Source: Gemmatimonadales bacterium (lineage in GTDB: Bacteria > Gemmatimonadota > Gemmatimonadetes > Gemmatimonadales > GWC2-71-9). Taken from it: 64,000 bases of DNA. The notes under the pieces are model-generated. The model had not been told where the DNA came from and did not search any database. It worked only from the letters and a program-made list of their open reading frames with translations. Shown piece after piece: positions 8,654 through 18,599 of the stretch; the first letter of the stretch is position 1; the number at the start of each line of letters is the position of its first letter. The position numbers and the translations under genes were made by a program. The stretch spans positions 4,605 through 68,604 of the forward strand of contig DASSQQ010000042.1 of NCBI GenBank assembly GCA_035702425.1, written 5' to 3'.

Positions 8654-9837
8654 GCAAGAAAGGCACCATCGGGATTCTCACCGGCGGCGGCGACGTCCCC
8701 GGATTGAATCCCGCCATCCGCGCCATCACCATCCGCGCGCTCCGCGACGGCTACCAGGTGGTGGGGATCCGCCGGGGCTGGGGCGGCCTCGTGGACTACG
8801 TCCCGGACGACCAGGCCGACAACTCGGATCACGTCCAGCCGCTTTCGGAGGCGATCGTGAACCGCGCCGGGCGCACCGGCGGCACCTTCCTCCATACCTC
8901 GCGGGTGCGGCCCTCGCACCTGCCCCTGGCGCGGGTGCCGGCGCACTTGCAGCGCTACGACGCGCCCACCAACGACATCACGAAGGAAGTGCTCAAGAAC
9001 CTCGAGCACCTGGGCGTGGACGTGCTGATCCCCATCGGCGGGGACGACACGCTGAGCTACGCCAAGCGCCTCCACGACGAGGGCGTGCACGTGGTGGCGA
9101 TTCCCAAGACCATGGACAACGACGTCCACGGGACCGATTACTGCATCGGGTTCTCGACCTGCGTCACCCGCACCATCGAGCTGGCCCATCGGCTCCGCAC
9201 CTCGGCCGGCTCCCACGAGCGCTTTCTCGTGATCGAGGTCTTCGGCCGCTATGCCGGGTTCACGGCGCTGCTGCCCACCATGGCGGGCGCCGCGGACCGC
9301 TGCGTGATCCCCGAGCATCCGGTGGACGTGGAGCGGCTGGCGGAGCTGCTCACCATGGACCGCAACAAGAACCCCAGCCGCTACGCGGTGGTGCTGGTGT
9401 CGGAAGGCGCGCGGCTCACCAGCCACGACGGGATGAGCTTCGAGGGCGAAGAGACCGACATGTTCGGGCACCGCAAGCTGGGCGGGATCGGCGACTCGGT
9501 GGGCACGGCACTCAAGGAGTCGTCCGCGAAGTACAACCACGGCCGGACCATCGACGTGGTGAATCAGCGCCTCGGCTACCTGGTGCGCTCCGGCGATCCC
9601 GACGCGCTCGATTCCATCGTGCCGATGGCGTTCGGCAACCTGGCGCTCGATCTCGTGAAGCGGAAGGAATACGGGCGCCTGGTGAGCATCCACCGCGGTT
9701 TCTACGACAGCGTGCCCATCACCGCGGTGACGTCGGAGAAGAAGGTGGTGGAGGTGCCGAAGTACTACAACACCGACCGGCTGCGCCCCATCTACGATTT
9801 CGACGGGGCGCCGCTGTTCATCATGACCAGCGATTGA
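8650..9837 (+). CDS. pfp: 6-phosphofructokinase with the PPi-dependent signature
   Basis: A TTG start at 8650 overlaps the ankyrin stop and gives MSKKGTIGILTGGGDVPGLN. GGDDT (Asp at the ATP-PFK Gly104 position) and PKTMDND (Lys at the Gly124 position) are the classical determinants of PPi-dependent PFK. Confidence 0.75.
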   Translation: MSKKGTIGILTGGGDVPGLNPAIRAITIRALRDGYQVVGIRRGWGGLVDYVPDDQADNSDHVQPLSEAIVNRAGRTGGTFLHTSRVRPSHLPLARVPAHLQRYDAPTNDITKEVLKNLEHLGVDVLIPIGGDDTLSYAKRLHDEGVHVVAIPKTMDNDVHGTDYCIGFSTCVTRTIELAHRLRTSAGSHERFLVIEVFGRYAGFTALLPTMAGAADRCVIPEHPVDVERLAELLTMDRNKNPSRYAVVLVSEGARLTSHDGMSFEGEETDMFGHRKLGGIGDSVGTALKESSAKYNHGRTIDVVNQRLGYLVRSGDPDALDSIVPMAFGNLALDLVKRKEYGRLVSIHRGFYDSVPITAVTSEKKVVEVPKYYNTDRLRPIYDFDGAPLFIMTSD

Positions 9838-9921
9838 GGGGCTGAGGGCAGCGCCCCGCCCGCGCGCTCGTTCGTGGGGTGGGTTGAGAAAGGGGTGCGG
9901 TCCAGGCAGTTTGGTAGTCCC

Positions 9922-9993
<72 letters not shown>

Positions 9994-10001
9994 CTCTTCC
10001 G

Positions 10002-10265
10002 GTGGCGACTATTCCCGTGATCCAATTCGACGACGACCCTCCCGACGACGAGTTTCCCCTGGGCGACGGCACCGCCGAGACCGCCGCGCACGTGGCCTGC
10101 CCCTACTGCGGCGCCGAGAACGACATCGCGATCGACCCCGGGAACGGGGAGAGCCAGGAATACGTCGAGGACTGCGCCGTCTGCTGCCGCCCGTGGCTCC
10201 TGCGGGTCCACTACGGCCACGACGGTCTGGCGCAGGTCGAAGTGGAGCGAGCGGACGAGGACTGA
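10002..10265 (+). CDS. small cysteine-rich CPxCG zinc-ribbon protein
   Basis: CPYCG…CAVCC motifs. The track ORF 9936..10265 starts inside the tRNA, so an in-frame GTG at 10002, just after the tRNA, is the more likely start. Confidence 0.45.
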   Translation: MATIPVIQFDDDPPDDEFPLGDGTAETAAHVACPYCGAENDIAIDPGNGESQEYVEDCAVCCRPWLLRVHYGHDGLAQVEVERADED

Positions 10266-10335
10266 ATAAGGCCCGAGCGTCCGGCCGCGTCCCGGGCGTG
10301 AGGTGCGGGCCGGAAGGCGTTATCTTGGGCCCGCC

Positions 10336-12084
10336 ATGCTCGTTCCCAAGCTCTACACCACACTTCGCGGTTACACCCGCGAACAACTCCTCGCCGACCT
10401 CACCGCCGGCGTCATCGTCGGCATCGTCGCCCTCCCGCTCGCCATCGCCTTCGCGATCGCCTCCGGCGTCTCTCCGGAGGCGGGGCTCTACACCGCGATC
10501 ATCGCCGGCTTCCTGATCTCCGCCCTCGGCGGCTCCCGGGTGCAGATCGGCGGTCCGACCGGCGCCTTCGTGGTGATCGTGTACGGGATCGTCCAGCGCT
10601 ACGGCGTGGAAGGGCTCACCGTCGCCACCCTGATGGCCGGCGTCATTCTCATCGTGATGGGGCTCGCCCGCTTCGGCGGCGCCATCAAGTTCATCCCCTA
10701 TCCCGTCACCATCGGATTCACGAGCGGCATCGCCCTGATCATCTTCTCGGGCGAGGTGAAGGACTTCCTGGGCCTCCGGATGGGACCCGTCCCCGCCGAC
10801 TTCATCTCCAAGTGGCGCTCCTTCGCGGCCCACTTCCCGTCCGCCAACCCCTGGGCGATCGGCATCGCGGTGGCCACGGTGCTGGTGGTGTTCCTCTGGC
10901 CCCTGGTGTCGCGCCGGGTGCCGGGCGCGTTCGTCGCGCTGATCGCCACCACCCTCGCGGTGACGCTGTTCCATCTGCCGGTCGAGACCATCGGCACCCG
11001 CTTCGGGCACATCAACGCCGGGCTCCCGCGTCCGTCGCTGCCGGACATGAGTCTCCCGCTCCTGAAGACCCTGATCGGCCCCGCCTTCACCATCGCGATG
11101 CTGGGCGCGATCGAGTCTCTGCTCTCGGCGGTGGTGTCGGACGGGATGATCGGGGGCCGCCACCGCTCCAACATGGAGCTGGTGGCGCAGGGGGTCGCGA
11201 ACCTCGCCTCGCCGCTCTTCGGCGGAATTCCCGCGACCGGCGCCATCGCGCGCACCGCCACCAACGTCAAGAACGGCGGCCGCACGCCGGTGGCGGGGAT
11301 GACCCACTCCGTGGTGCTGCTTCTCATCACGCTCTTCTTCGGCCGCTGGGCGGGGCTGGTCCCGCTCGCGACCCTCGCCGGGATTCTGGTGGTGGTCGCC
11401 TACCACATGAGCGAATGGCACTCGTTCGTGGCCGAGCTCGCGGGGGCGCCGAAGAGCGACGCGCTGGTGCTGCTGGTGACGTTCCTGCTGACGGTGCTGG
11501 TGGACCTCACGGTCGCCATCGAGGTGGGGATCGTGCTCGCCGCGTTCCTGTTCATGAAGCGGATGGCGGAGGTGACGAACGTCAGCGTGCTGACCCACGA
11601 GTTCAAGGACCCCGCGGAAGACTTCGAATCGGATCCCAACGCGGTGATGCGGCGGAGCGTGCCGGCGGGCGTCGAGGTCTACGAGATCAGCGGGCCCTTC
11701 TTCTTCGGCGCGGCGGAGACCTTCAAGGAGCGGGTGGGCCAGGTGGCGAGCCGGCCCAAGGTGCTGATTCTCCGGATGCGGCACGTGCCCGCCATCGACT
11801 CCACCGGGCTCCACGCCCTGCGGGAGCTGGTGCGGCGGAGCGCGCACGGCGGCTCCCTGGTGCTGCTCTCCGACGTGCACGCCCAGCCGGTGGTCGCCTT
11901 GGAACGCTCGGGGTTGCTCTACGACCTCGGCGAGGAGAACATCCTGGGGAACATCGACGACGCCTTGAACCGCGCCCGCGCGCATCTGGGGCTTCCCCCG
12001 GTGCCGCGGCCCGCGTTCGCCACACCCACCGTCGCGCGCGAGACGCCCTCTCCCGGCACCCTCCGCGCCATCCCGGAGCCCTGA
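10336..12084 (+). CDS. SulP-family inorganic anion (sulfate/bicarbonate) transporter with C-terminal STAS domain
   Basis: Multi-TM N-terminal region with SulP signatures and a C-terminal STAS-like region ([16 protein letters not shown]…[16 protein letters not shown]). Start taken at the internal ATG ([10 protein letters not shown]…). Confidence 0.8.
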   Translation: MLVPKLYTTLRGYTREQLLADLTAGVIVGIVALPLAIAFAIASGVSPEAGLYTAIIAGFLISALGGSRVQIGGPTGAFVVIVYGIVQRYGVEGLTVATLMAGVILIVMGLARFGGAIKFIPYPVTIGFTSGIALIIFSGEVKDFLGLRMGPVPADFISKWRSFAAHFPSANPWAIGIAVATVLVVFLWPLVSRRVPGAFVALIATTLAVTLFHLPVETIGTRFGHINAGLPRPSLPDMSLPLLKTLIGPAFTIAMLGAIESLLSAVVSDGMIGGRHRSNMELVAQGVANLASPLFGGIPATGAIARTATNVKNGGRTPVAGMTHSVVLLLITLFFGRWAGLVPLATLAGILVVVAYHMSEWHSFVAELAGAPKSDALVLLVTFLLTVLVDLTVAIEVGIVLAAFLFMKRMAEVTNVSVLTHEFKDPAEDFESDPNAVMRRSVPAGVEVYEISGPFFFGAAETFKERVGQVASRPKVLILRMRHVPAIDSTGLHALRELVRRSAHGGSLVLLSDVHAQPVVALERSGLLYDLGEENILGNIDDALNRARAHLGLPPVPRPAFATPTVARETPSPGTLRAIPEP

Positions 12085-12085
12085 C

Positions 12086-13480
12086 GTGGCCGACCAACCG
12101 ACTCTGCAGTTCCTGGGCGCCGCCGGCACGGTCACGGGCTCGATGCACCTCGTCACCGCGGGCGGGAGCCGGGTGCTGCTCGACTGCGGGCTCTATCAGG
12201 GCCTGAAGGACCTGCGCCAGCGGAACTGGGGCACGCGGCTGGTGGATCCCGGTACGGTCCGCGCCATCGTGATGAGTCACGCCCACATCGACCACTCGGG
12301 ATACCTGCCGCTGGTGGTGCAGCAGGGCTTCCGGGGGCCCATCTACTGCACCGCCGCGACGGCGGACATCCTGGGCGTGGTGCTCCCGGACGCGGCGCAC
12401 CTGCAGGAAGAAGACGCGGAGCGCGCCAATCGCCACGGGTACACCAGGCACCGCCCGGCCCTCCCGCTCTACACCTCGGCGGACGCGGCCGCGGCGCTGA
12501 AGCTGCTCCAGACCCGGCGCTACGAGACCGCGTTTCCGGTGGCGCCGGGGATCACGGCGCTGTATCGCCGGGCCGGGCACATCATGGGCTCGGCCACGAT
12601 CGAGCTGTCGCTCGCCGGCCCTCCGCCGAGCACCCTGGTGTTCACGGGGGACCTGGGACGGTACGACCGTCCCATTCTTCTCGATCCGGAACCGGTCCCG
12701 GCCGCGGACGTGCTGCTCCTCGAGTCCACCTACGGCGACCGCGCCCATCCCGCGGGCGACGACCAGGAGCTGGCGCGGATCGTGAACGACACCGCGAAGC
12801 GCGGCGGGGCGCTCCTCATTCCGGCGTTCGCGGTGGACCGCACCCAGGAACTGCTGTGGATGCTGCGCCGGCTGGAAGACCAGAAAAAGATTCCGGTGCT
12901 CCCGGTCTACGTGGACAGCCCGATGGCGAACGCGGTCACCGGGATCTACGAAAAGCATCCCGAGGAGTTCGACGCCGACATGCGGGCCGAGGCGCGCACC
13001 GGGGATCCGCTCGAGACCCGGCGCTGCACCATGGTGAGCTCCACCGAGGAGTCGAAGAAGCTGAACGGCGTCCGCGGGCCGGTGATCATCATCTCCTCCT
13101 CGGGAATGGCGTCGGGCGGGCGCATCCTCCATCACCTGGCGCTCCGTCTCCCCGATCCCCGGACCACGGTGCTGCTCGTGGGCTACCAGGCGGCGGGGAC
13201 GAGGGGACGCACCCTGCAGGACGGCGGCAAGACGGTGCGCATTTTCGGGCAGGAAGTGACCATCGCGGCGCGGGTGGAATCCCTCCACGGCCTCTCCGGC
13301 CACGCCGACCGCGACGAGATCGTCCGCTGGCTCGGCGGCTTCACCAGACCGCCGAAGGTGACCTACCTGGTTCACGGCGAAGGCGAGAGCGCGAAGAGTC
13401 TCGCCGCCTACCTCACCCAGAAGCTCCGCTGGACCGTCAAGGTCGCCGCGGACGGGGAGACGGTGCCGCTCCGAGTCTGA
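12086..13480 (+). CDS. MBL-fold beta-CASP family metallo-hydrolase (RNA-processing-nuclease-like)
   Basis: HAHIDHSGY metal-binding motif and C-terminal beta-CASP motifs (GHADRDEI). GTG start 2 nt after the SulP stop. Confidence 0.7.
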   Translation: MADQPTLQFLGAAGTVTGSMHLVTAGGSRVLLDCGLYQGLKDLRQRNWGTRLVDPGTVRAIVMSHAHIDHSGYLPLVVQQGFRGPIYCTAATADILGVVLPDAAHLQEEDAERANRHGYTRHRPALPLYTSADAAAALKLLQTRRYETAFPVAPGITALYRRAGHIMGSATIELSLAGPPPSTLVFTGDLGRYDRPILLDPEPVPAADVLLLESTYGDRAHPAGDDQELARIVNDTAKRGGALLIPAFAVDRTQELLWMLRRLEDQKKIPVLPVYVDSPMANAVTGIYEKHPEEFDADMRAEARTGDPLETRRCTMVSSTEESKKLNGVRGPVIIISSSGMASGGRILHHLALRLPDPRTTVLLVGYQAAGTRGRTLQDGGKTVRIFGQEVTIAARVESLHGLSGHADRDEIVRWLGGFTRPPKVTYLVHGEGESAKSLAAYLTQKLRWTVKVAADGETVPLRV

Positions 13481-13614
13481 AGAAGTCTTCCGGTCGCCTT
13501 CACCTTCATTCCCGCTTCAGCTTCGTACACTCCGCCTCGAATTCCTGATGGTCACCCGCGAGGGCCGGCTCACGTCCGTCGGCCTCGCTCGTCACCAAGC
13601 CCCGGAGGTTCGCG

Positions 13615-14034
13615 GTGGTCCGTTCGCCCCTCGTCGCAGCCGTTCTGGTCCTCGCCGTCGCCGCCTGCGGACCGAGCCAGCCCCGGCCGCCCAAGATGCC
13701 GGCGCTTCCGGGGATGGCGGCGAGTCCGCCGCCCACCATCACCGGCAACGACCCGCGGGCCTACCTCTTCATCGAGAAGGGGTGCCCCACCTGCCACTCG
13801 ATCTCGGCCCTGGGCGTGAAGTCCGGCACCGAAGTCGGGCCCGACCTCGCCAAGGCTTACGAGGACGTGCAGAGCCGGTTCGGCGAGCCGCTGGAGCAGT
13901 TCCTGCCCAACCCCACCGGCACGATGCAGATGGTGCTCTCCCAGCTGATTCACCTGACGCCGGCGGAGCGCGACTCCGTCATCCACATCCTGAAGCGCCT
14001 GCACGACGAACCGCAGGCGGGACACGAGCCATGA
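13615..14034 (+). CDS. mono-haem c-type cytochrome lipoprotein (the cy-c gene of clade II nos clusters)
   Basis: GTG start with GGAGG 6 nt upstream. Signal peptide with lipobox LAVAAC. Single CPTCH haem-binding motif. Confidence 0.7.
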   Translation: MVRSPLVAAVLVLAVAACGPSQPRPPKMPALPGMAASPPPTITGNDPRAYLFIEKGCPTCHSISALGVKSGTEVGPDLAKAYEDVQSRFGEPLEQFLPNPTGTMQMVLSQLIHLTPAERDSVIHILKRLHDEPQAGHEP

Positions 14035-14057
14035 CCTCGAGCAGGGGAGAAACGCAT

Positions 14058-15953
14058 ATGACCGTTCGACACTGGATCGCCCTCGCGAGCGCCGCGCTGG
14101 TCGGCGCGTGCACGCCGTCGCGCGCGCCGTCCTCCGGGCAGAACAGCCAGCTCGCCGACGTCCGCGACGCCGCGATGCGGACCTACGTGGCGCCCGGCAA
14201 GCTCGACGACTACTACCTGTTCTACTCCGGCGGGCACTCCGGCAACGTCTACGTCGCCGGGATTCCGTCGATGCGGCACATCATCACCATCCCGGTCTTC
14301 ACGCCCTATCCCGCCACCGGCTACGGGTTCGACGAGGACTCGAAGGCGATGCTGGGCGGCTACACCTGGGGCGACGTGCATCACCCCGCGCTCTCCAAGA
14401 CCAAGGGTGATTACGACGGCCGCTGGCTCTTCGTGAACGACAACGCGAACAATCGCCTGGCGCGGATCGATCTCCGGGACTTCAAGACCAAGCAGATTCT
14501 GGGTCCGATTCCGAACTCGAGCGGCAACCACGGCTCGGCGTTCCTCACCGAGAACTCGGAGTACGCGCTGGTGGCGAGCCGGTTCTCGATTCCGCTGCCG
14601 CGCGGCACCTACGCCCCGCTCTCCGACTACGCCACCAAGTACCACGGCGTGGTGAGCGGGATCAGGATCGACAGCGCCACCGGCACCATGTCGGTCGGCT
14701 GGCAGATCGTCACTCCACCCTTCGACTGGGACCTCGCGTCCACCGGGCGGGACAGCTCGCGGGACTGGGTGGTCTGGACGTCGTACAACACCGAGCGCGC
14801 CACCGGCCGGCTCGAGGTCGCGGCCAGCCAGCGGGAGCGCGACTACATGATCTTCGTCAACTGGCGTAACGCGACCGCGGCCGCCGCGGCGGGCAAGGGC
14901 CGGATGCTGGACGGGGTGCGGGTGCTCGATCCCCGGGACCTGGCGGGCTCGATTTTCCTCGTGCCCTGCGCCAAGAGCCCGCACGGCGCCGACTTCTCGC
15001 CCGACGGGCGCTACGTGATGTGCAACGGCAAGCTCGCGCCCTACGTGACCGTCTTCGACTTCCAGAAATTCCTCTCCGCGGCCCAGACGCACGACACCGT
15101 GGGCAACGAGGACGGGATTCCGGTGCTGCGCTACGAGTCGGTGCGGGTGGCCGAGGTCCCGGTGGGCCTGGGGCCGCTGCACACCCAGTTCGACGATCAG
15201 GGCTACGCCTACACCTCGCTCTTCGTCGAGTCCGCGGTGGCGAAGTGGAAGGTCGGCCCCTTCGACGGGCACGACTCGTCGCTGGTGGTGGCCAAGATTC
15301 CGGTGCACTACTCGGTGGGCCACCTCGTGGTGGCGGGGGGCGACACCCGGCATCCCTACGGCAAGTACCTGGTCTCGATGAACAAGCTCTCCAAGGGCCA
15401 GCACCTGGACATCGGACCGTCGCAGCCCGAGTCCTCGGAGCTGATCGACATCACCGGCACCGGGATGACGGAGCTGTACGAGGCGTTCACCGAGCCGGAA
15501 CCACACTTCGCGCAGATCGCGGCCGCCTCGCTGCTGCATCCGATCGAGGTCTATCCCAAGGAAGAGAACAAGGACCCCAACGCGATCTGGGCGGCGAGCG
15601 ACGCCAAGGTCACGCGGCGCGGGAACGTGGTGGAAGTGAAGCTCTACGCCATCCGCTCCTACTTCGCGCCCAACGCCATCGAGGTGAATCAGGGCGACTC
15701 GGTGATCATCCACGTCACCAACGCCGAGCAGGAGCGGGACATGCTGCACGGCTTCGGAATCGCGAGCTACAACATCAACCTGGTGCTCGATCCCGGCGAG
15801 ACCAAGACGGTGGCGTTCCGCGCCGGCAAGACGGGCGTCTACCCGTTCTACTGCACCAACTTCTGCTCCGCGATGCACCAGGAAATGCAGGGTTATCTCC
15901 TGGTGAAGCCGCGCGGCGGCGCGGGGGCCGCGGCATCGGGTGGGGGCCGCTGA
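14058..15953 (+). CDS. nosZ: nitrous-oxide reductase NosZ, clade II (Sec/lipoprotein-type signal, no twin-arginine)
   Basis: Beta-propeller CuZ domain plus C-terminal CuA motif YPFYCTNFCSAMHQEMQGY. N-terminus MTVRHWIALASAALVGAC has no RR motif and a lipobox. SD GGGGAGA precedes the ATG at 14058. An in-frame ATG at 14031 is an alternative start. Confidence 0.9.
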   Translation: MTVRHWIALASAALVGACTPSRAPSSGQNSQLADVRDAAMRTYVAPGKLDDYYLFYSGGHSGNVYVAGIPSMRHIITIPVFTPYPATGYGFDEDSKAMLGGYTWGDVHHPALSKTKGDYDGRWLFVNDNANNRLARIDLRDFKTKQILGPIPNSSGNHGSAFLTENSEYALVASRFSIPLPRGTYAPLSDYATKYHGVVSGIRIDSATGTMSVGWQIVTPPFDWDLASTGRDSSRDWVVWTSYNTERATGRLEVAASQRERDYMIFVNWRNATAAAAAGKGRMLDGVRVLDPRDLAGSIFLVPCAKSPHGADFSPDGRYVMCNGKLAPYVTVFDFQKFLSAAQTHDTVGNEDGIPVLRYESVRVAEVPVGLGPLHTQFDDQGYAYTSLFVESAVAKWKVGPFDGHDSSLVVAKIPVHYSVGHLVVAGGDTRHPYGKYLVSMNKLSKGQHLDIGPSQPESSELIDITGTGMTELYEAFTEPEPHFAQIAAASLLHPIEVYPKEENKDPNAIWAASDAKVTRRGNVVEVKLYAIRSYFAPNAIEVNQGDSVIIHVTNAEQERDMLHGFGIASYNINLVLDPGETKTVAFRAGKTGVYPFYCTNFCSAMHQEMQGYLLVKPRGGAGAAASGGGR

Positions 15954-16567
15954 TGCCGGTCACCCGCTGGCTGGAACAGGTGCTCTCTCCCCGGGCGCGG
16001 CTCGCCGTGCTCGGGGCGGGGGCCTGCCTCCTGGTCGCCATCCTGTTCCCGCTCTGGCACATCACCATGTTCGCGAACCAGTTCCCCGAAGGGATCCGGC
16101 TCTCCATCTACAGCTACAAGCTGGTGGGCGGGAAGGACGGCGCGGACCTGCAGGCGATCAACATCCTCAACCACTACATCGGGATGCACGACATCGCCGC
16201 GGCGGATTTCGTGGAGATGCGGTTCATCCCCTTCGCCCTGGGCGCGTTCTTCCTGCTCGCGCTCCGGACCACGGTGTTCGCGCGGGTGCGGGACCTGGTG
16301 GACCTCGCGGTGCTGGTGAGCTACTTCGCCGCGTTTTCCTTCGGCGTCTTCTGGTTCCGGATGTACACCTACGGCCACCACCTGGACCCGGAAGCGCCGA
16401 TCAAGGTGGCGCCGTTCACGCCGCCGCTCCTCGGCCACCAGCACATCGCGAACTTCGACGTCTACTCGACGCCGGGCGCGGGGAGCCTGCTCCTCGGCGT
16501 CGTGGTGCTGATCTTCGCCGCGGTGCTGGCGCTCGAAGCCCGGAAGCACGGCGTGAAGACGCCCTGA
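15953..16567 (+). CDS. nosB: NosB-like polytopic membrane protein (accessory protein specific to clade II nos clusters)
   Basis: 204-aa multi-TM protein. The start overlaps the nosZ stop (TGATG). Confidence 0.6.
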   Translation: MPVTRWLEQVLSPRARLAVLGAGACLLVAILFPLWHITMFANQFPEGIRLSIYSYKLVGGKDGADLQAINILNHYIGMHDIAAADFVEMRFIPFALGAFFLLALRTTVFARVRDLVDLAVLVSYFAAFSFGVFWFRMYTYGHHLDPEAPIKVAPFTPPLLGHQHIANFDVYSTPGAGSLLLGVVVLIFAAVLALEARKHGVKTP

Positions 16568-17844
16568 TGCTGGGGCTCTTCCTCGCTCTCGTCGCCCAGG
16601 ACACGCTCCGGCTCCCGCCCGGCGTCACCCGCGGGCCCCTGGTGCTCGACCGGCCCACGGTGGTGCTGGGCGCGCCCGGTGCCGTGCTCCGGGGCGAGGG
16701 GCGGGGGAGCGTGATCGTGGTCAACGCCCCGCACTGCGTGGTGCGCGGCCTGCGGATCGAAGGGAGCGGCCGCGACCTCGACCAGGACGACGCGGGGGTG
16801 ATGATCCGCGCCGACTCGGTCACCCTCGAGGATCTCGTGATTCGCGACGTGCTCTTCGGGGTCTACCTGTACCAGGTGCGGGGCGCGCGCCTCGCCCGGC
16901 TGGACATCGCGGGCGCGGCGGCGGCGCGGGAGAGCTCGCAGGGGAACGGCATCGAGTTCTACTACTCGCGCGACGTGCGGGTGGACAGCGCGACCATCAC
17001 GGGGGTGCGGGACGGGATGTACTTCGCCTACTCGGACAGCGTCACCGTGTCCGGGAGCGCGGTCCGGGGCGTGCGGTTCGGCCTGCATTTCATGTTCAGC
17101 CACGACGACCGGTTCGCGCGGAACACCTTCACCGACAACGCGGCGGGCGCGGTGCTGATGAACTCGACCGGGGTCCGGGTCGAGGACAACGTGTTCGCGT
17201 GGAACGGGGGCAGCCGCTCCTACGGCCTGGTGCTCCAGACCGCCACGGCGCCCGTCGTCACCGGAAATCTCCTGGTCGGCAACGGCGTGGGCGTGCTGTT
17301 CGACAACGTGATCCGGGGCGCCTTCCGGGGGAACCTGGTCGCGGCGAACTGGCTGGGTCTCGAGCTCTTCAATTCGAGCGAAGGGACGGCGATCACCGGG
17401 AACGCGCTCGCCGGGAACACCTTCGACGCCACCGGGGGCGGTCTCGCGGGCGCCTACACCCTCTGCGAGGGCGGGCGCGGGAACTACTGGGCGCGCGCGG
17501 CGTCCGAGGGCTACGACCTGGACGGCGACGGGGTGCTGGACGCGCCGCACCCCGCGGGCTCGCCCTTCGCGGCGCTGGCCGTGGCGCGGCCGGGACTCCG
17601 GCTCTTTCTCGAGAGTCCCGCGGCGCGCACCCTCGACTGGGCGGAGCGGAGCTTCCCGGTTTTCGATGCCGGGGGAGTGACCGACGGCTGTCCGCTCGCG
17701 CGCCCGCCGGCGACGCCGGCGCTCGATCGCCTGCCGCCGGCGCCCCGGGGCTCGGAGGGTGGCGCCGGCGGTCAGCGCGCGGCGGGAGGGATCGCTCTCG
17801 CACTGGGCGCCGTGGCACTGGCCTTCGCGAGGCGGCGCGGGTGA
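16566..17844 (+). CDS. nosD: NosD, periplasmic right-handed beta-helix copper-processing protein
   Basis: Parallel beta-helix repeats (…GNGIEFYYSRDVRVDSATITGVRDGMYFAYSDSVTVSGSAVRG…). ATGA overlap with nosB. Confidence 0.8.
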
Positions 17845-18599
17845 TCATTTTCGAGCGCGCTGCGCGACGCTACGGCTCCCGCCTGGCGCTCGAGGCGCTC
17901 ACGCTCCGCGTGGCGCCGGGCGAAGTGGTGGCGCTGGTCGGTCCCAACGGGGCCGGGAAGTCCACCACGCTCCGCATCGCGGCCGGCCTGGTGCGCCCGA
18001 CGGAGGGCCGCGCCACCATCGCCGGCTTCGACGTGCAGCGCGATCCCGCCCAGGCCCGCCGGCGGATGGGCTATCTCCCCCAGAAGCTCGGCGTCCCGCT
18101 CTCGACCGGTCTCGCCGATCTGGCGCGCCTCGTGGCGTCGGCGCGCGGGCTTCGGCCCGCGGCGGGGAGCGCGGCGCTCGCCGCCGCCGGCCTGGCGGAC
18201 CGCGCCGATGCGTCGCTCGCCGAACTGTCCGGCGGCCAGCGCCAGCGCGCGATGCTCGCGCTCGCCACCCTGGGCGACGTCGCGGCCCTGCTCCTGGACG
18301 AGCCCACCATCAGTCTCGACTCGGACGGCGCGGAGGAAGTGCGCGCCGCGATCGCCCTCGCGAGCGGGCGCGGGGCGGCCGTGCTCTTCGCCTCGCACCA
18401 TCTGCACGACGTGGCGGTCCTCGCCGACCGCGTGGTGGTGATGGTGGAGGGGCGCGTCGCCGCGGCGGGCACCCTGCCCGAGCTCGCGGCCTCGGTGGGC
18501 GTGTCCTGGACCGCCGACGCGGAGGACCCGCCGATCGAGCGGGTGTATCGGCGTCTGGTGCGCGGCCGGGTCGCGCTGGTGCGGGGAGACGCCGCGTGA
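17841..18599 (+). CDS. nosF: NosF, ABC ATPase
   Basis: Walker A GPNGAGKST, signature LSGGQRQR and Walker B LLLDEPT. The GTG start overlaps the nosD stop. Confidence 0.8.
   Translation: MIIFERAARRYGSRLALEALTLRVAPGEVVALVGPNGAGKSTTLRIAAGLVRPTEGRATIAGFDVQRDPAQARRRMGYLPQKLGVPLSTGLADLARLVASARGLRPAAGSAALAAAGLADRADASLAELSGGQRQRAMLALATLGDVAALLLDEPTISLDSDGAEEVRAAIALASGRGAAVLFASHHLHDVAVLADRVVVMVEGRVAAAGTLPELAASVGVSWTADAEDPPIERVYRRLVRGRVALVRGDAA

Noticed and set aside
13548-15953. NosZ as an 801-aa protein starting at 13548
   Set aside because: The upstream 170 codons overlap the cytochrome c gene in another frame and have no NosZ homology. An SD plus signal peptide occurs at the ATG at 14058.
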